Below are positions 24,996 through 33,766 of a stretch of DNA of 48,983 bases, in pieces (the first letter of the stretch is position 1; every line of letters starts with the position of its first letter). Position numbers and translations under genes: made by a program. The notes under the pieces are model-generated. The model worked only from the letters and a program-made list of their open reading frames with translations, made no database searches and was not told the DNA's origin. The stretch covers positions 1 through 48,983 of the forward strand of contig JALEUF010000150.1 of the NCBI GenBank assembly GCA_022781015.1, given 5' to 3'. This stretch comes from Bacillales bacterium. Its GTDB lineage: Bacteria; Bacillota_I; Bacilli_A; RFN20; CAG-826.

Positions 24996-26693
24996 TTATT
25001 TCGTACCTCTTTTTTCTTTTGATTTTTTTGAGATTACCAATTGGGTAATCAAGGTTTGAATCATGGAAATTAAACCACCAATTAACCAATAGACTCCCAT
25101 AGCGGATGGAAGCATGAATCCCATGATAATGGTAAATACCAGCATGAAGATAGATACCCATTTCATTTGTTTTTGAGAATCGGTTTGAGCCGGATTAGCG
25201 GATAATTTAGCCATCTTCTTGGTTTGAGATTTACTAATTATACGTGGAAGCATCATAGCCACAACCTGGGTAGCAGCCATCAATATGAATAAGACTAAAG
25301 CTGTCCACCAGCCATTTTCATTAAGATACCAAGTACCTTTTACATTAAATAATATGCTTGAGATATTATCGGATAGTCTCATTCCAAGGAATTCACCACT
25401 AGATAAGGCGGCTGAACCTTGTAAGCCAGACCAAACACAGATGAACACAGGGAATTGAACAATGAGTATAAGAATTTGCCTAAACGGCTTAATCTTATGA
25501 CGTTTATACAAAGCCATTTGCTCAGTTGCGAGTCTTTGCTTTTCGGCTTGATTTGTATTGGAATTTGGATATTTAGCTTGGAGTTTAGCAAGTTCAGGCT
25601 GCAAGGCTTGCATCTTTTGGGAATCCATTGTTGAACGGAAAGATACCAACAATAGTAAACACCTGACTATTAAAGTAACGAATACAATAGCCCAAATCTG
25701 TCCAACACCAGTTAAGTTTTGATCCATTCCATAAGCGAAAGTATCAACTAACCAAGAAACTGGATAGACAAGTAGCCCTTCAAGGAAGCCTTTGCTCCAG
25801 GCATATCCCCAGTCTTTCTTAGAGATATTTACTTCCCAGTCGGAAGAATTTCCATAATGACCGAATTGACCTTCTTGGGTAGCAATACAAGAACGATTTT
25901 GATTAACCTTGGTTGCTACTTGGGATTTGTAATAATCAGTGAAATCTTTAGTAGGAACATTATCCATTCCTAAGGATGGATCGCTGCTCTTATAAAGTTC
26001 AGCATTCCAACTAGTCCAATAGCCCCAAAGCGAACCACCTCGGCCAGAGAACTTAACATAGCCATTTCTTCTTAAAATGGATTTTTCATTAACTTCGACA
26101 TTAGAACCACCGTTGTAATTGGATTCGATATAAGGGTTAACAACCTTGTCTTCACCCTTTGAAGGAATAGTTGCAGTTAAGCCTTTGATGAACTCTTCAG
26201 ATGCGGTTTGTCCAACAGTATAAGCCTTCCCTGTTTCAGCAAGATAAGTAGAAGCTTGTAAGACATAGTTATCAATGCTTGCCCAGTATTTTAAAGAAGG
26301 CATTACCAATCCACTTTTATAAGCACTAGAAATTATACTTTGAAGGAAAGTAGACTTCGCAGCAGTAAATTCTATTTGCTTATTGTCGTTAAGCTTATAT
26401 GGAACGTATTTATAGATGTCTTCGTTAATTGCGGTACCGGCAGAGTTAACAAAAGCAGGACCTGCGATACCTTGGCTTTCTTCTTCTTCGATTAAAGCCC
26501 TTGTTTCATCAGCACTTTTTAACGTGTCATATTCATTTTTGCTTAGATAGACAGTAACACCTTGTTCGTAAGGATAAGCCATTTGGGCTTGGTCTTCTTC
26601 AGAACAAAAGTTAGCTGTACAACCAGCTAGCAACCCCGTGCCTAGAAGGGCTGCCAAACCAATGAATATCTTTTTATGGGATAACTTTTTCAA
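24996..26693 (-). CDS. yidC: Membrane protein insertase YidC, lipoprotein form with a large N-terminal extracytoplasmic domain
   Basis: Lipobox LLAGC (Cys25). The 60-kDa-IMP core starts at about residue 305 (...IVRCLLLLVSFRSTMDSQKMQALQPELAKLQAKY...). Basic C-tail. 4-nt overlap with rnpA. Confidence 0.9.
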   Translation of the reverse strand: MKKLSHKKIFIGLAALLGTGLLAGCTANFCSEEDQAQMAYPYEQGVTVYLSKNEYDTLKSADETRALIEEEESQGIAGPAFVNSAGTAINEDIYKYVPYKLNDNKQIEFTAAKSTFLQSIISSAYKSGLVMPSLKYWASIDNYVLQASTYLAETGKAYTVGQTASEEFIKGLTATIPSKGEDKVVNPYIESNYNGGSNVEVNEKSILRRNGYVKFSGRGGSLWGYWTSWNAELYKSSDPSLGMDNVPTKDFTDYYKSQVATKVNQNRSCIATQEGQFGHYGNSSDWEVNISKKDWGYAWSKGFLEGLLVYPVSWLVDTFAYGMDQNLTGVGQIWAIVFVTLIVRCLLLLVSFRSTMDSQKMQALQPELAKLQAKYPNSNTNQAEKQRLATEQMALYKRHKIKPFRQILILIVQFPVFICVWSGLQGSAALSSGEFLGMRLSDNISSILFNVKGTWYLNENGWWTALVLFILMAATQVVAMMLPRIISKSQTKKMAKLSANPAQTDSQKQMKWVSIFMLVFTIIMGFMLPSAMGVYWLIGGLISMIQTLITQLVISKKSKEKRGTK

Positions 26694-27031
26694 TTGATTT
26701 TTTCCTTAACATTATCTAGAAGGGAATTGAGCTCCCTTTCATTATTTTGAAATTCATCCTCTCTGTAGCAAGGGTGAATTGTAATGATGATATTTACAGG
26801 CAATGAGTAGTCATTTCTAGAAGCAAGCATTGCCCTAACTTGCCTTTTTTCCCTGACCCTAGTAACGGCATGGCCATTAGCTTTTCCAATAGCCAAGCCG
26901 ATTCTAGTAAAATTCTGATCAATAGGCGCGGCTTGGTAATAAACAGAGAAATTCTTAGACTTTAGTTTTTTTCCGTTTTTGATTATCAAGTCAAATTCTG
27001 AATGTTTTTTAATTCGAAGCGCCTTCTTCAT
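26690..27031 (-). CDS. rnpA: Ribonuclease P protein component
   Basis: 113 aa and basic, with an AVTRVREKRQVR motif. Sits between rpmH and yidC. Confidence 0.9.
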   Translation of the reverse strand: MKKALRIKKHSEFDLIIKNGKKLKSKNFSVYYQAAPIDQNFTRIGLAIGKANGHAVTRVREKRQVRAMLASRNDYSLPVNIIITIHPCYREDEFQNNERELNSLLDNVKEKIN

Positions 27032-27036
27032 GGGAA

Positions 27037-27171
27037 TTAGTCAGCGACTCTGACGCGTCCTTTTGCACGGCGCTTTGCAATAACCTTGCGTCCGGAAGCA
27101 GTAGCCATTCTGGCACGGAAGCCAGCCTTGTTGGCATGTTTCTTCTTTGAAGGTTGGTAAGTTTTTTTCAT
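27037..27171 (-). CDS. rpmH: 50S ribosomal protein L34 (not in ORF track)
   Basis: My translation of the minus strand is [45 protein letters not shown] strong SD (aggagg) lies 8 nt upstream. Confidence 0.95.
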   Translation of the reverse strand: MKKTYQPSKKKHANKAGFRARMATASGRKVIAKRRAKGRVRVAD

Positions 27172-27666
27172 TAGCGTAATCCTCCTAAATTGGATGCAAG
27201 GGTTATTATACGGATTGAAACTTTTAACTACAACTACGAGTGTACGCGCGTAAGAGTTTTTCTAGACAATTTTTAAGGTGAATTTCAACAAATCACAAAA
27301 GCAAAGAAAAGTTATCCACAATCAAAACATGTTATCAACATCGTGAAACATAGCGTGAAACACTTTCCACATGCATTGTGAATTGCAAATTGTGAATAAT
27401 GTGAATAATTAAAAAATATAGGCTCTTTCACGATATTTTCAGACTAAGAATGATTGTTAATAACTTCAAAGTTTATATAGTTTTCCACAATCAAAAATCA
27501 CCTATTTACTTTTCCACAATTTGTCCACAATAAAAAGATGTGGAAAGAGTAGTTTTTCGCTTTAAATCAACGTTAAAAAGAGTATTTATTGTGGAAAAAT
27601 CAATTTGGTCAATTTTTTTTACTATCTTTTTATTATAAAAATGATTTAATTTTACAGGAGCAAATT
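27172..27666. promoter_or_regulatory. oriC part 1: DnaA-box cluster upstream of dnaA
   Basis: Forward-orientation boxes relative to TTATCCACA: 27312-27320 (9/9), 27332-27340 (8/9), 27363-27371 (7/9); TTTTCCACA at 27481-27489 and 27510-27518; TTGTCCACA at 27521-27529. Reverse-orientation boxes: TGTGAATAA at 27391-27399 and 27400-27408; TGTGGAAAG at 27539-27547; TGTGGAAAA at 27590-27598. Confidence 0.85.
27205..27233 (-). promoter_or_regulatory. Sigma-A type promoter candidate for the rpmH operon
   Basis: The minus strand reads TTGTAG, a 17-nt spacer, then TATAAT. Confidence 0.5.
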
Positions 27667-29034
27667 ATGTCAGACTCGGTATCACAATTAAGTAATATAT
27701 GGACAATGGTCCTCGAAAAGATAAATAAAAGTTTAGAATCCCAATCGGATGGAGGGCGTATTTTTCAGTCATTTTTCGCCGATTCAAAAATCGCAGAAAT
27801 TGATAAGGATGTAATGAAAATTGCTTGTTCATCAAACTTAGGTGCGACGATTATTGATAAAAAATACAGCAAATTAGTTTCGTCAACCTTAGATGAAATT
27901 ACAGGTACACATTTTGAATTGAAATTCGTTACTTTTGATGAAATTAAAAGCAAGAAAGAAGTCATCAAAGAAGAGCCTGCATTTTTCAAAGATAGCAAGC
28001 TGAATCCAAAATACACTTTCGAGAGTTTTGTAACGGGTCCATCTAATAGAGAAGCTTATCAAGCCGCAGTTATGATAGCCAATACTCCAGGACAGCTCTA
28101 CAACCCACTACTTTTGCATAGCGACTCAGGTTTAGGTAAAACCCATTTATTACACGCAATCGGTAATGGAATATTAGAAAAGTATCCAAATTACAAGGTT
28201 TTATATATCTCTGCGTCTGATTTCGTTGATGAATATATAAAGTTTGCCACAACATATAAAGAAGACCAATCTTTGGTTCAATTCTTCAAAAATGATGTCG
28301 ACGCATTCTTGATTGACGATATCCAATTTATAATCGGGAAAAAGAAGACAATGGAAATGTTTTTCGTCGTCTTTTCCACCCTTGTCTCAAAAGGTAAGCA
28401 AATTGTTATAACCTCCGATCAAGACCCAAGCAAACTAGACGGCTTAGACGATAGGCTGAAAACTAGATTTTCACAAGGTCTTGTTTTGTCAATAGAAAAA
28501 CCTGATTTAGAAACAAGCAAACAAATATTGCTTTCAAAAATAGAGGCTGGCGGACTCGATGTAAATGATTTCGATGATGAAGTTATCACATATATTGCCC
28601 AAGGATTTTCTTCTAACGTAAGAGAACTAGAAGGCGCATTGAATAGGTTAATCTTCTGCTCAATAAGTATGAAGAACACGAACAAGATAACGATGAACGA
28701 AGCAACGGCTGCTATTAAGACGTTAAATGCTACGATTAGTCCATCCAAGCGCTTGACGGAAGATAAAATCATCGCCGGAGTTGCGGATTATTACTCATTA
28801 ACCCCCTCTCAGCTTACCGGAAAGATAAGAACATCGAGAATCGCTATGGCTAGACATATTGCAATGTATTTAGACAGGCTTCTGCTCGATACTCCATTCA
28901 TAAAAATAGGAGAAACGTTTGGCGGAAAAGATCATGCAACTGTTATGAGTGGTGTAAAAAAAGTGGAAAACTCGTTGAAAACTGACCCTGATATGTTGAT
29001 AGCTATTGCCGAGTTAAAAAAGAAACTTTCCTAA
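27667..29034 (+). CDS. dnaA: Chromosomal replication initiator DnaA
   Basis: Walker A GLGKTHLLHAIGN. C-terminal DNA-binding region RIAMARHIAMYL and GGKDHATVM. The start was set at the ATG at 27667, preceded by aggag. The ORF-track TTG at 27589 lies over a DnaA box. Confidence 0.97.
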   Translation: MSDSVSQLSNIWTMVLEKINKSLESQSDGGRIFQSFFADSKIAEIDKDVMKIACSSNLGATIIDKKYSKLVSSTLDEITGTHFELKFVTFDEIKSKKEVIKEEPAFFKDSKLNPKYTFESFVTGPSNREAYQAAVMIANTPGQLYNPLLLHSDSGLGKTHLLHAIGNGILEKYPNYKVLYISASDFVDEYIKFATTYKEDQSLVQFFKNDVDAFLIDDIQFIIGKKKTMEMFFVVFSTLVSKGKQIVITSDQDPSKLDGLDDRLKTRFSQGLVLSIEKPDLETSKQILLSKIEAGGLDVNDFDDEVITYIAQGFSSNVRELEGALNRLIFCSISMKNTNKITMNEATAAIKTLNATISPSKRLTEDKIIAGVADYYSLTPSQLTGKIRTSRIAMARHIAMYLDRLLLDTPFIKIGETFGGKDHATVMSGVKKVENSLKTDPDMLIAIAELKKKLS

Positions 29035-29185
29035 GATGTTTATTTTATAAATAAAAGGTTTAAGAAAATGGATGACTGTGGTATCATTACGAAGACGGAA
29101 AATTAAAGTTATCCACAATTCCCACAATGCTTATTATTAACATTCTTTAATAAATAAAAATAGATTATATATAAAGAGGTGTCGT
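29035..29185. promoter_or_regulatory. oriC part 2: dnaA-dnaN spacer with DnaA boxes and an AT-rich candidate unwinding region
   Basis: TTATCCACA at 29109-29117 is followed directly by ATTCCCACA at 29118-29126. Then comes a very AT-rich stretch, cttattattaacattctttaataaataaaaatagattatatataa. Confidence 0.65.
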
Positions 29186-30307
29186 ATGCGTTTAAATGTT
29201 AACAAAGAACAATTTCTAAAAGCCTTGCTAAGTGCAGGCAAAGCCATATCCCCAAAAAACGCTAATGCTGTATTAGCCGGTTTGAGACTTGAACTAAACG
29301 AAAAAGGATTGGAAATAATTGGTTCTAATTCTAGCATTACGATAAAATCCACAGTCCCATACATGATTGGGGAAAAAGAAATCATTACCAATCCTATTCA
29401 AGGATCTGCTTTGATCAATGCTCATTTGCTAATCGAAGTCATTAGAAGACTAGAAGGCGAAACTATCAAATTAGATTTCATTGATAACTCCACCGCTAAA
29501 ATCGATGATGGCAGATCTGTATTCAAGTTGAATTGTTCTTCAGCCGATGAATACCCGGATATCGATTTAGAGCCTACAGGCACCGTATTTACAATGCCTT
29601 GTTCTTCTTTGATTGAATTAGTCGAACAAAGCGCATTCGCCGCTTCTAACAAGGAACAGCGCTTTATTTTGACCGCTTTGAATCTAGAAGCAGCTGAAGG
29701 AAAATTGGTAGCCACTGCTACTGACTCTGCTAGATTATCTAGAAAGAGCGTTGATTTAGATTCTGAAATCAGGTTCAAATGCAATATACCGGCGAGAGCC
29801 TTGCTAGATATTGTCAGGATGTTTGAGACCGCTAGAACTGTAGAAGTTGCAATTTCTGACAAGAAGGCTTTGTTTACATTCGATAATACCGTTGTTTCTT
29901 CTTCTTTGGTTCCTGGCGATTATCCGGTCACTAGGTCGATAATTCCTGCTACCTTCAACTATTTCCTCGAAGTAAATGCCCAAGAGCTTCTAGCAGCCAT
30001 GGGAAGAGTCGCTGTCTTAGCTAGCGATAGAGAATCTGTTGTTAAACTCTCAATGGGTGAAGATTCCGTTGAAATCTCGGTCAAGAGTCAAGAAAACGGA
30101 ACCGCTAATGAACATATCCAAACTTTCCAATATACTGGCGAGAAGTTAGAAGTCTCCTTTAACTCTCTGTTTGTAGTTGATGCAATCAAGGCTTTAAAGA
30201 GTGAAGATGTAATGCTTTGCTTCCAAGCCGAAATGAAACCATTTGTTGTTAAAAACCAAAAAGATGACTCCGTTGTCGAACTCATTACCCCAATGAGAAC
30301 CTATTAA
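29186..30307 (+). CDS. dnaN: DNA polymerase III beta sliding clamp
   Basis: 373 aa. N-terminus MRLNVNKEQFLKAL. Lies immediately after dnaA. C-terminus ends ITPMRTY. Confidence 0.95.
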   Translation: MRLNVNKEQFLKALLSAGKAISPKNANAVLAGLRLELNEKGLEIIGSNSSITIKSTVPYMIGEKEIITNPIQGSALINAHLLIEVIRRLEGETIKLDFIDNSTAKIDDGRSVFKLNCSSADEYPDIDLEPTGTVFTMPCSSLIELVEQSAFAASNKEQRFILTALNLEAAEGKLVATATDSARLSRKSVDLDSEIRFKCNIPARALLDIVRMFETARTVEVAISDKKALFTFDNTVVSSSLVPGDYPVTRSIIPATFNYFLEVNAQELLAAMGRVAVLASDRESVVKLSMGEDSVEISVKSQENGTANEHIQTFQYTGEKLEVSFNSLFVVDAIKALKSEDVMLCFQAEMKPFVVKNQKDDSVVELITPMRTY

Positions 30308-30331
30308 TAAAAAACCTTAAAAAATCTTTGG

Positions 30332-30361
30332 AAAATGGTAGAAATTTCTCTACCATTTTTT
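30332..30361 (+). terminator. dnaN terminator
   Basis: aaaatggtaga (30332-30342) pairs with tctaccatttt (30349-30359), followed by a T-run. Confidence 0.7.
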
Positions 30362-30404
30362 ACTACTACGTAGTAAACTATATATTGTGTAAAAAGGTCT
30401 AAAA

Positions 30405-30623
30405 ATGAAGTCGCAAAAAGAAATAAAAATCACAACCGATTACATCACTTTAGGGCAACTATTGAAACTCGCTTCGATAATTGACCACGGTGGTGAGGCC
30501 AAGCTCTTCCTTGCTTCTAACAAAGTTCTAGTTAACGGAGAAGAAGACAATCGAAGAGGCAGGAAACTTTACCCTGGCTATCTAGTTGTAATTGGAAGTG
30601 AAACATTTGCAATTACAAAATGA
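30405..30623 (+). CDS. yaaA: S4-like RNA-binding protein YaaA
   Basis: 72 aa. ITLGQLLKLASIIDHGGEAKLFL...VLVNGEEDNRRGRKL. Sits between dnaN and recF. ATGA overlap with recF. Confidence 0.85.
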   Translation: MKSQKEIKITTDYITLGQLLKLASIIDHGGEAKLFLASNKVLVNGEEDNRRGRKLYPGYLVVIGSETFAITK

Positions 30624-31687
30624 TCTTGAATCATATCGAGCTTAGAAACTTTCGGAGCTACGATTATCTCGACTTGGATTTATCTTCTGGGCTAAACCTC
30701 ATCGTTGGCGAGAACGCGGTGGGAAAAACTAATCTTGCCGAGGCTATCTATTATCTTTCTTTAGCTAGGAGTTGGAGGACTCTTGATGATAGGAACCTTA
30801 TTAAAGACGGCAAAGAGTTCGCTTTGATAAATGCTTCCATTAGCGAAGGCGAACTTCATCGTCAAATAGAGATTAGGATTGAAAAGAATGCCAAGAAGAT
30901 AAGAATCAACGGAAACCAAATAAGAAGATTGTCGGATTTATCTAAATTGGTAAATGTCATAGTCTTCTCTCCTAATGATACGCGGTTATTCCGTTCACCC
31001 CCTTCCGAAAGGAGAAATTTCCTGGATGTGGCGATTTCTAAAAAGTATGACGAATATCTAACCCTAATCGGTGGGTATTCAAAATTGCTAAAAGAAAGAA
31101 ATGCCTTACTGAAGCAGGACAATCCAAACCTAGATTTGCTTAATGTACTCACGGAGCAGATGATCAAACTGTCAGGGCCAATAATCAAATATAGGGTTGA
31201 TTATGTTTCTTCTATTAATTCTCTTCTCCCTTCATTCATGGAAAGACTAGGAGGCGACAAGAAGCGATGCAACATTGTTTACAAGCCTTTTGTAAGTCAA
31301 ACCGATAATTTAATCGAATCCATGAAAAAAGCCTACCTAGACGCCCTGGAATCAGATTTGTCCCGTCGCCAAACTAGTGTTGGGATACATCGAGAAGACT
31401 TTTGTTTCAAGATGGATGGGCAAGATGTTGGGCTATATGGAAGCCAAGGGGAAAATCGAATTGCTTCATTGGCGGTTAAGTTAATCCCTTACCTTTTAAT
31501 AGAAAGCAAAGAGAAAAAGCCGATATGTGTGCTAGATGACGTGACTAGCGAACTTGATAAAAATCACGTCGAAAGGTTACTAAACATCGTAAAGAAATTC
31601 TCTCAGGTGTTTATAACCGCTACAAAATTAGAAATCGAAGGTGCTTCAGTAATTGAAGTTGCCGCGAATAATGCCAAGAGGAGGTAA
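30620..31687 (+). CDS. recF: DNA replication and repair protein RecF
   Basis: Walker A GENAVGKTNLAEAI, signature YGSQGENR, Walker B CVLDDV. Confidence 0.95.
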   Translation: MILNHIELRNFRSYDYLDLDLSSGLNLIVGENAVGKTNLAEAIYYLSLARSWRTLDDRNLIKDGKEFALINASISEGELHRQIEIRIEKNAKKIRINGNQIRRLSDLSKLVNVIVFSPNDTRLFRSPPSERRNFLDVAISKKYDEYLTLIGGYSKLLKERNALLKQDNPNLDLLNVLTEQMIKLSGPIIKYRVDYVSSINSLLPSFMERLGGDKKRCNIVYKPFVSQTDNLIESMKKAYLDALESDLSRRQTSVGIHREDFCFKMDGQDVGLYGSQGENRIASLAVKLIPYLLIESKEKKPICVLDDVTSELDKNHVERLLNIVKKFSQVFITATKLEIEGASVIEVAANNAKRR

Positions 31688-31691
31688 TCAA

Positions 31692-33752
31692 ATGGCAGAG
31701 CAAGAAAAAAACGAGTCCGCTTCAAAAGAAATTGTAAATGAAGAAGATCGCTTCACTTACAAAAAAGAAGACGTGACTAACGAAAAAGCCCTAGAAAAAG
31801 CAAAGGCTGACTATAGCGGAAGCGATATTCAAGTTCTTGAAGGACTTGAAGCCGTCAGGAAACGTCCTGGTATGTATATTGCTACCACTGCTTCGGCTGG
31901 TCTTCACCACCTTGTGTGGGAAATTGTCGATAACTCAATCGACGAAGCTTTGGCTGGATATTGTAAAAATATCGAAGTAACAATTAACAAAGACAACTCC
32001 ATCACCGTAAGAGATGACGGTCGTGGCGTACCTGTTGACAAGGTTGCTAAATCCGGATTGTCTGGTGTTGAAACCGTTTATACAATCCTTCACGCTGGTG
32101 GTAAATTCGGCGGAGAGGGTGGATATAAGGTATCCGGCGGTTTGCATGGTGTCGGTGCTTCTGTAGTTAATGCTTTATCCGAATGGATGGATGTCACCGT
32201 TTGTAGAGACGGAGGCAAATTCTTCCTTCGTTTTGAAAATGGAGGCCATCCAGTAGGTCATTTAGCTAGAATTGGGGATTCGACCGAAGAAGAAAGAGGT
32301 ACAACCGTTTCCTTTAAGCCTGACCCAACAATCTTTACCGAAACAACTATCTACAATTACGAGACCATCAAGAACCACATGAGGCAAATGGCCTTCCTTA
32401 ATGGCGGAATCAAAATCACTTTAACCGATTTACGTGAAGAAACTCCTGTCACTGAAACATTTAAATATGATGGCGGTATCCGCGAATATGTTTCCTACAT
32501 CGATGTTAATAAATTAGTAAAACTCCCACCTGAACCAATCTATTGTCAAGGTGCTGAAGAAGTTACTTTAGCAGATGGAGAAACTAAAGAAAGAATCTAT
32601 GCCGAAGTTGCTCTTCAATGGACTGATTCCTATGATCAAAACGGTATTTACTCTTTCTGCAATAACATTTCTACTAAAGAAGGTGGAACCCATGTTGAAG
32701 GTTTGAACCTTGCTTTAGGTAGAATAATTAACGACTACGCATTAAAACAAAAACTTCTAAAAGAGGATGAAGAAAGGTTTAGTGGGAACGATTGCCGTGA
32801 AGGTTTGACTGCTGTTGTTTCCGTTAAACATCCTAACCCACAATATGAAGGACAAACCAAGACTAAACTTGGTAACTCTGAAGTTAGAAAGATTGTTTCT
32901 ACTGTCGTCGGAGATGGATTAAGCCAATGGCTATATGAAAATCCAAACGAAGCCAAGGAAATAATCGAAAAGATTCGTCTTGCAACAAAAGCAAGGAATG
33001 CTGCTCAAGCTGCTAGAGAAAGAATTCGTAAGAGTTCAATGGAACTCACTACTCTCCCGGGCAAATTAGCAGACTGCTCATCTAAAGATCCGGAAATCTG
33101 TGAATTATATATAGTCGAAGGTAATTCTGCAGGTGGCAGTGCTAAAAATGGCAGAGATAGAGAAACCCAAGCCATTCTTCCTTTAAGAGGTAAGATCCTT
33201 AATGTTGAAAAGGCTAGGGAAGAAAGAATCTGGGCCAATGCCGAAATTGGTAACATGATCACCGCTATTGGGGCTGGTATTAGAGAAAACTTTGATGTTA
33301 CCAAGATTAGATATAACAAGATTGTCATCATGACCGATGCTGACGTCGATGGCGATCATATCAGAATCTTATTGTTAACATTCTTCTATAGATTTATGCG
33401 TCCTCTTCTAGATGAAGGACATGTCTATATTGCTCAACCTCCTCTATATAAAATTGATTATAAAGGAAGCGCATATTATGCCTATAACGATGCCCAACTC
33501 GAAGTCTTAAAGAAACAACTAGGACTAAAAGCAGGCTACCCATTCCAACGTTATAAAGGCTTAGGTGAAATGGATGCCAACCAGCTTTGGGAAACAACCA
33601 TGGATCCAAAGCAAAGAAAGATGATACGTATTACTATTGATGATGCGGCCCAAGCTGAAAAGGCCTTCACCGACTTAATGGGCGATGAAGTATTGCCAAG
33701 ACGTCAATATATCGTCGAAAATGCTAAATTCGTTAAGAATCTTGATATATGA
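31692..33752 (+). CDS. gyrB: DNA gyrase subunit B
   Basis: IQVLEGLEAVRKRPGMYI, EGNSAGGS, PLRGKILNVEKA, MTDADVDGDHI. The start was set at the ATG at 31692 behind aggagg; the ORF-track start overlaps recF. Confidence 0.97.
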   Translation: MAEQEKNESASKEIVNEEDRFTYKKEDVTNEKALEKAKADYSGSDIQVLEGLEAVRKRPGMYIATTASAGLHHLVWEIVDNSIDEALAGYCKNIEVTINKDNSITVRDDGRGVPVDKVAKSGLSGVETVYTILHAGGKFGGEGGYKVSGGLHGVGASVVNALSEWMDVTVCRDGGKFFLRFENGGHPVGHLARIGDSTEEERGTTVSFKPDPTIFTETTIYNYETIKNHMRQMAFLNGGIKITLTDLREETPVTETFKYDGGIREYVSYIDVNKLVKLPPEPIYCQGAEEVTLADGETKERIYAEVALQWTDSYDQNGIYSFCNNISTKEGGTHVEGLNLALGRIINDYALKQKLLKEDEERFSGNDCREGLTAVVSVKHPNPQYEGQTKTKLGNSEVRKIVSTVVGDGLSQWLYENPNEAKEIIEKIRLATKARNAAQAARERIRKSSMELTTLPGKLADCSSKDPEICELYIVEGNSAGGSAKNGRDRETQAILPLRGKILNVEKAREERIWANAEIGNMITAIGAGIRENFDVTKIRYNKIVIMTDADVDGDHIRILLLTFFYRFMRPLLDEGHVYIAQPPLYKIDYKGSAYYAYNDAQLEVLKKQLGLKAGYPFQRYKGLGEMDANQLWETTMDPKQRKMIRITIDDAAQAEKAFTDLMGDEVLPRRQYIVENAKFVKNLDI

Positions 33753-33766
33753 GGAGGGATGATTAA

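Noticed and set aside
27589-27666. dnaA N-terminal extension from a TTG (MWKNQFGQFFLLSFYYKNDLILQEQI).
   Set aside because: It starts inside a DnaA box (TGTGGAAAA), has no SD and is not DnaA-like. The ATG at 27667 has an aggag SD and gives a normal 455-aa DnaA.
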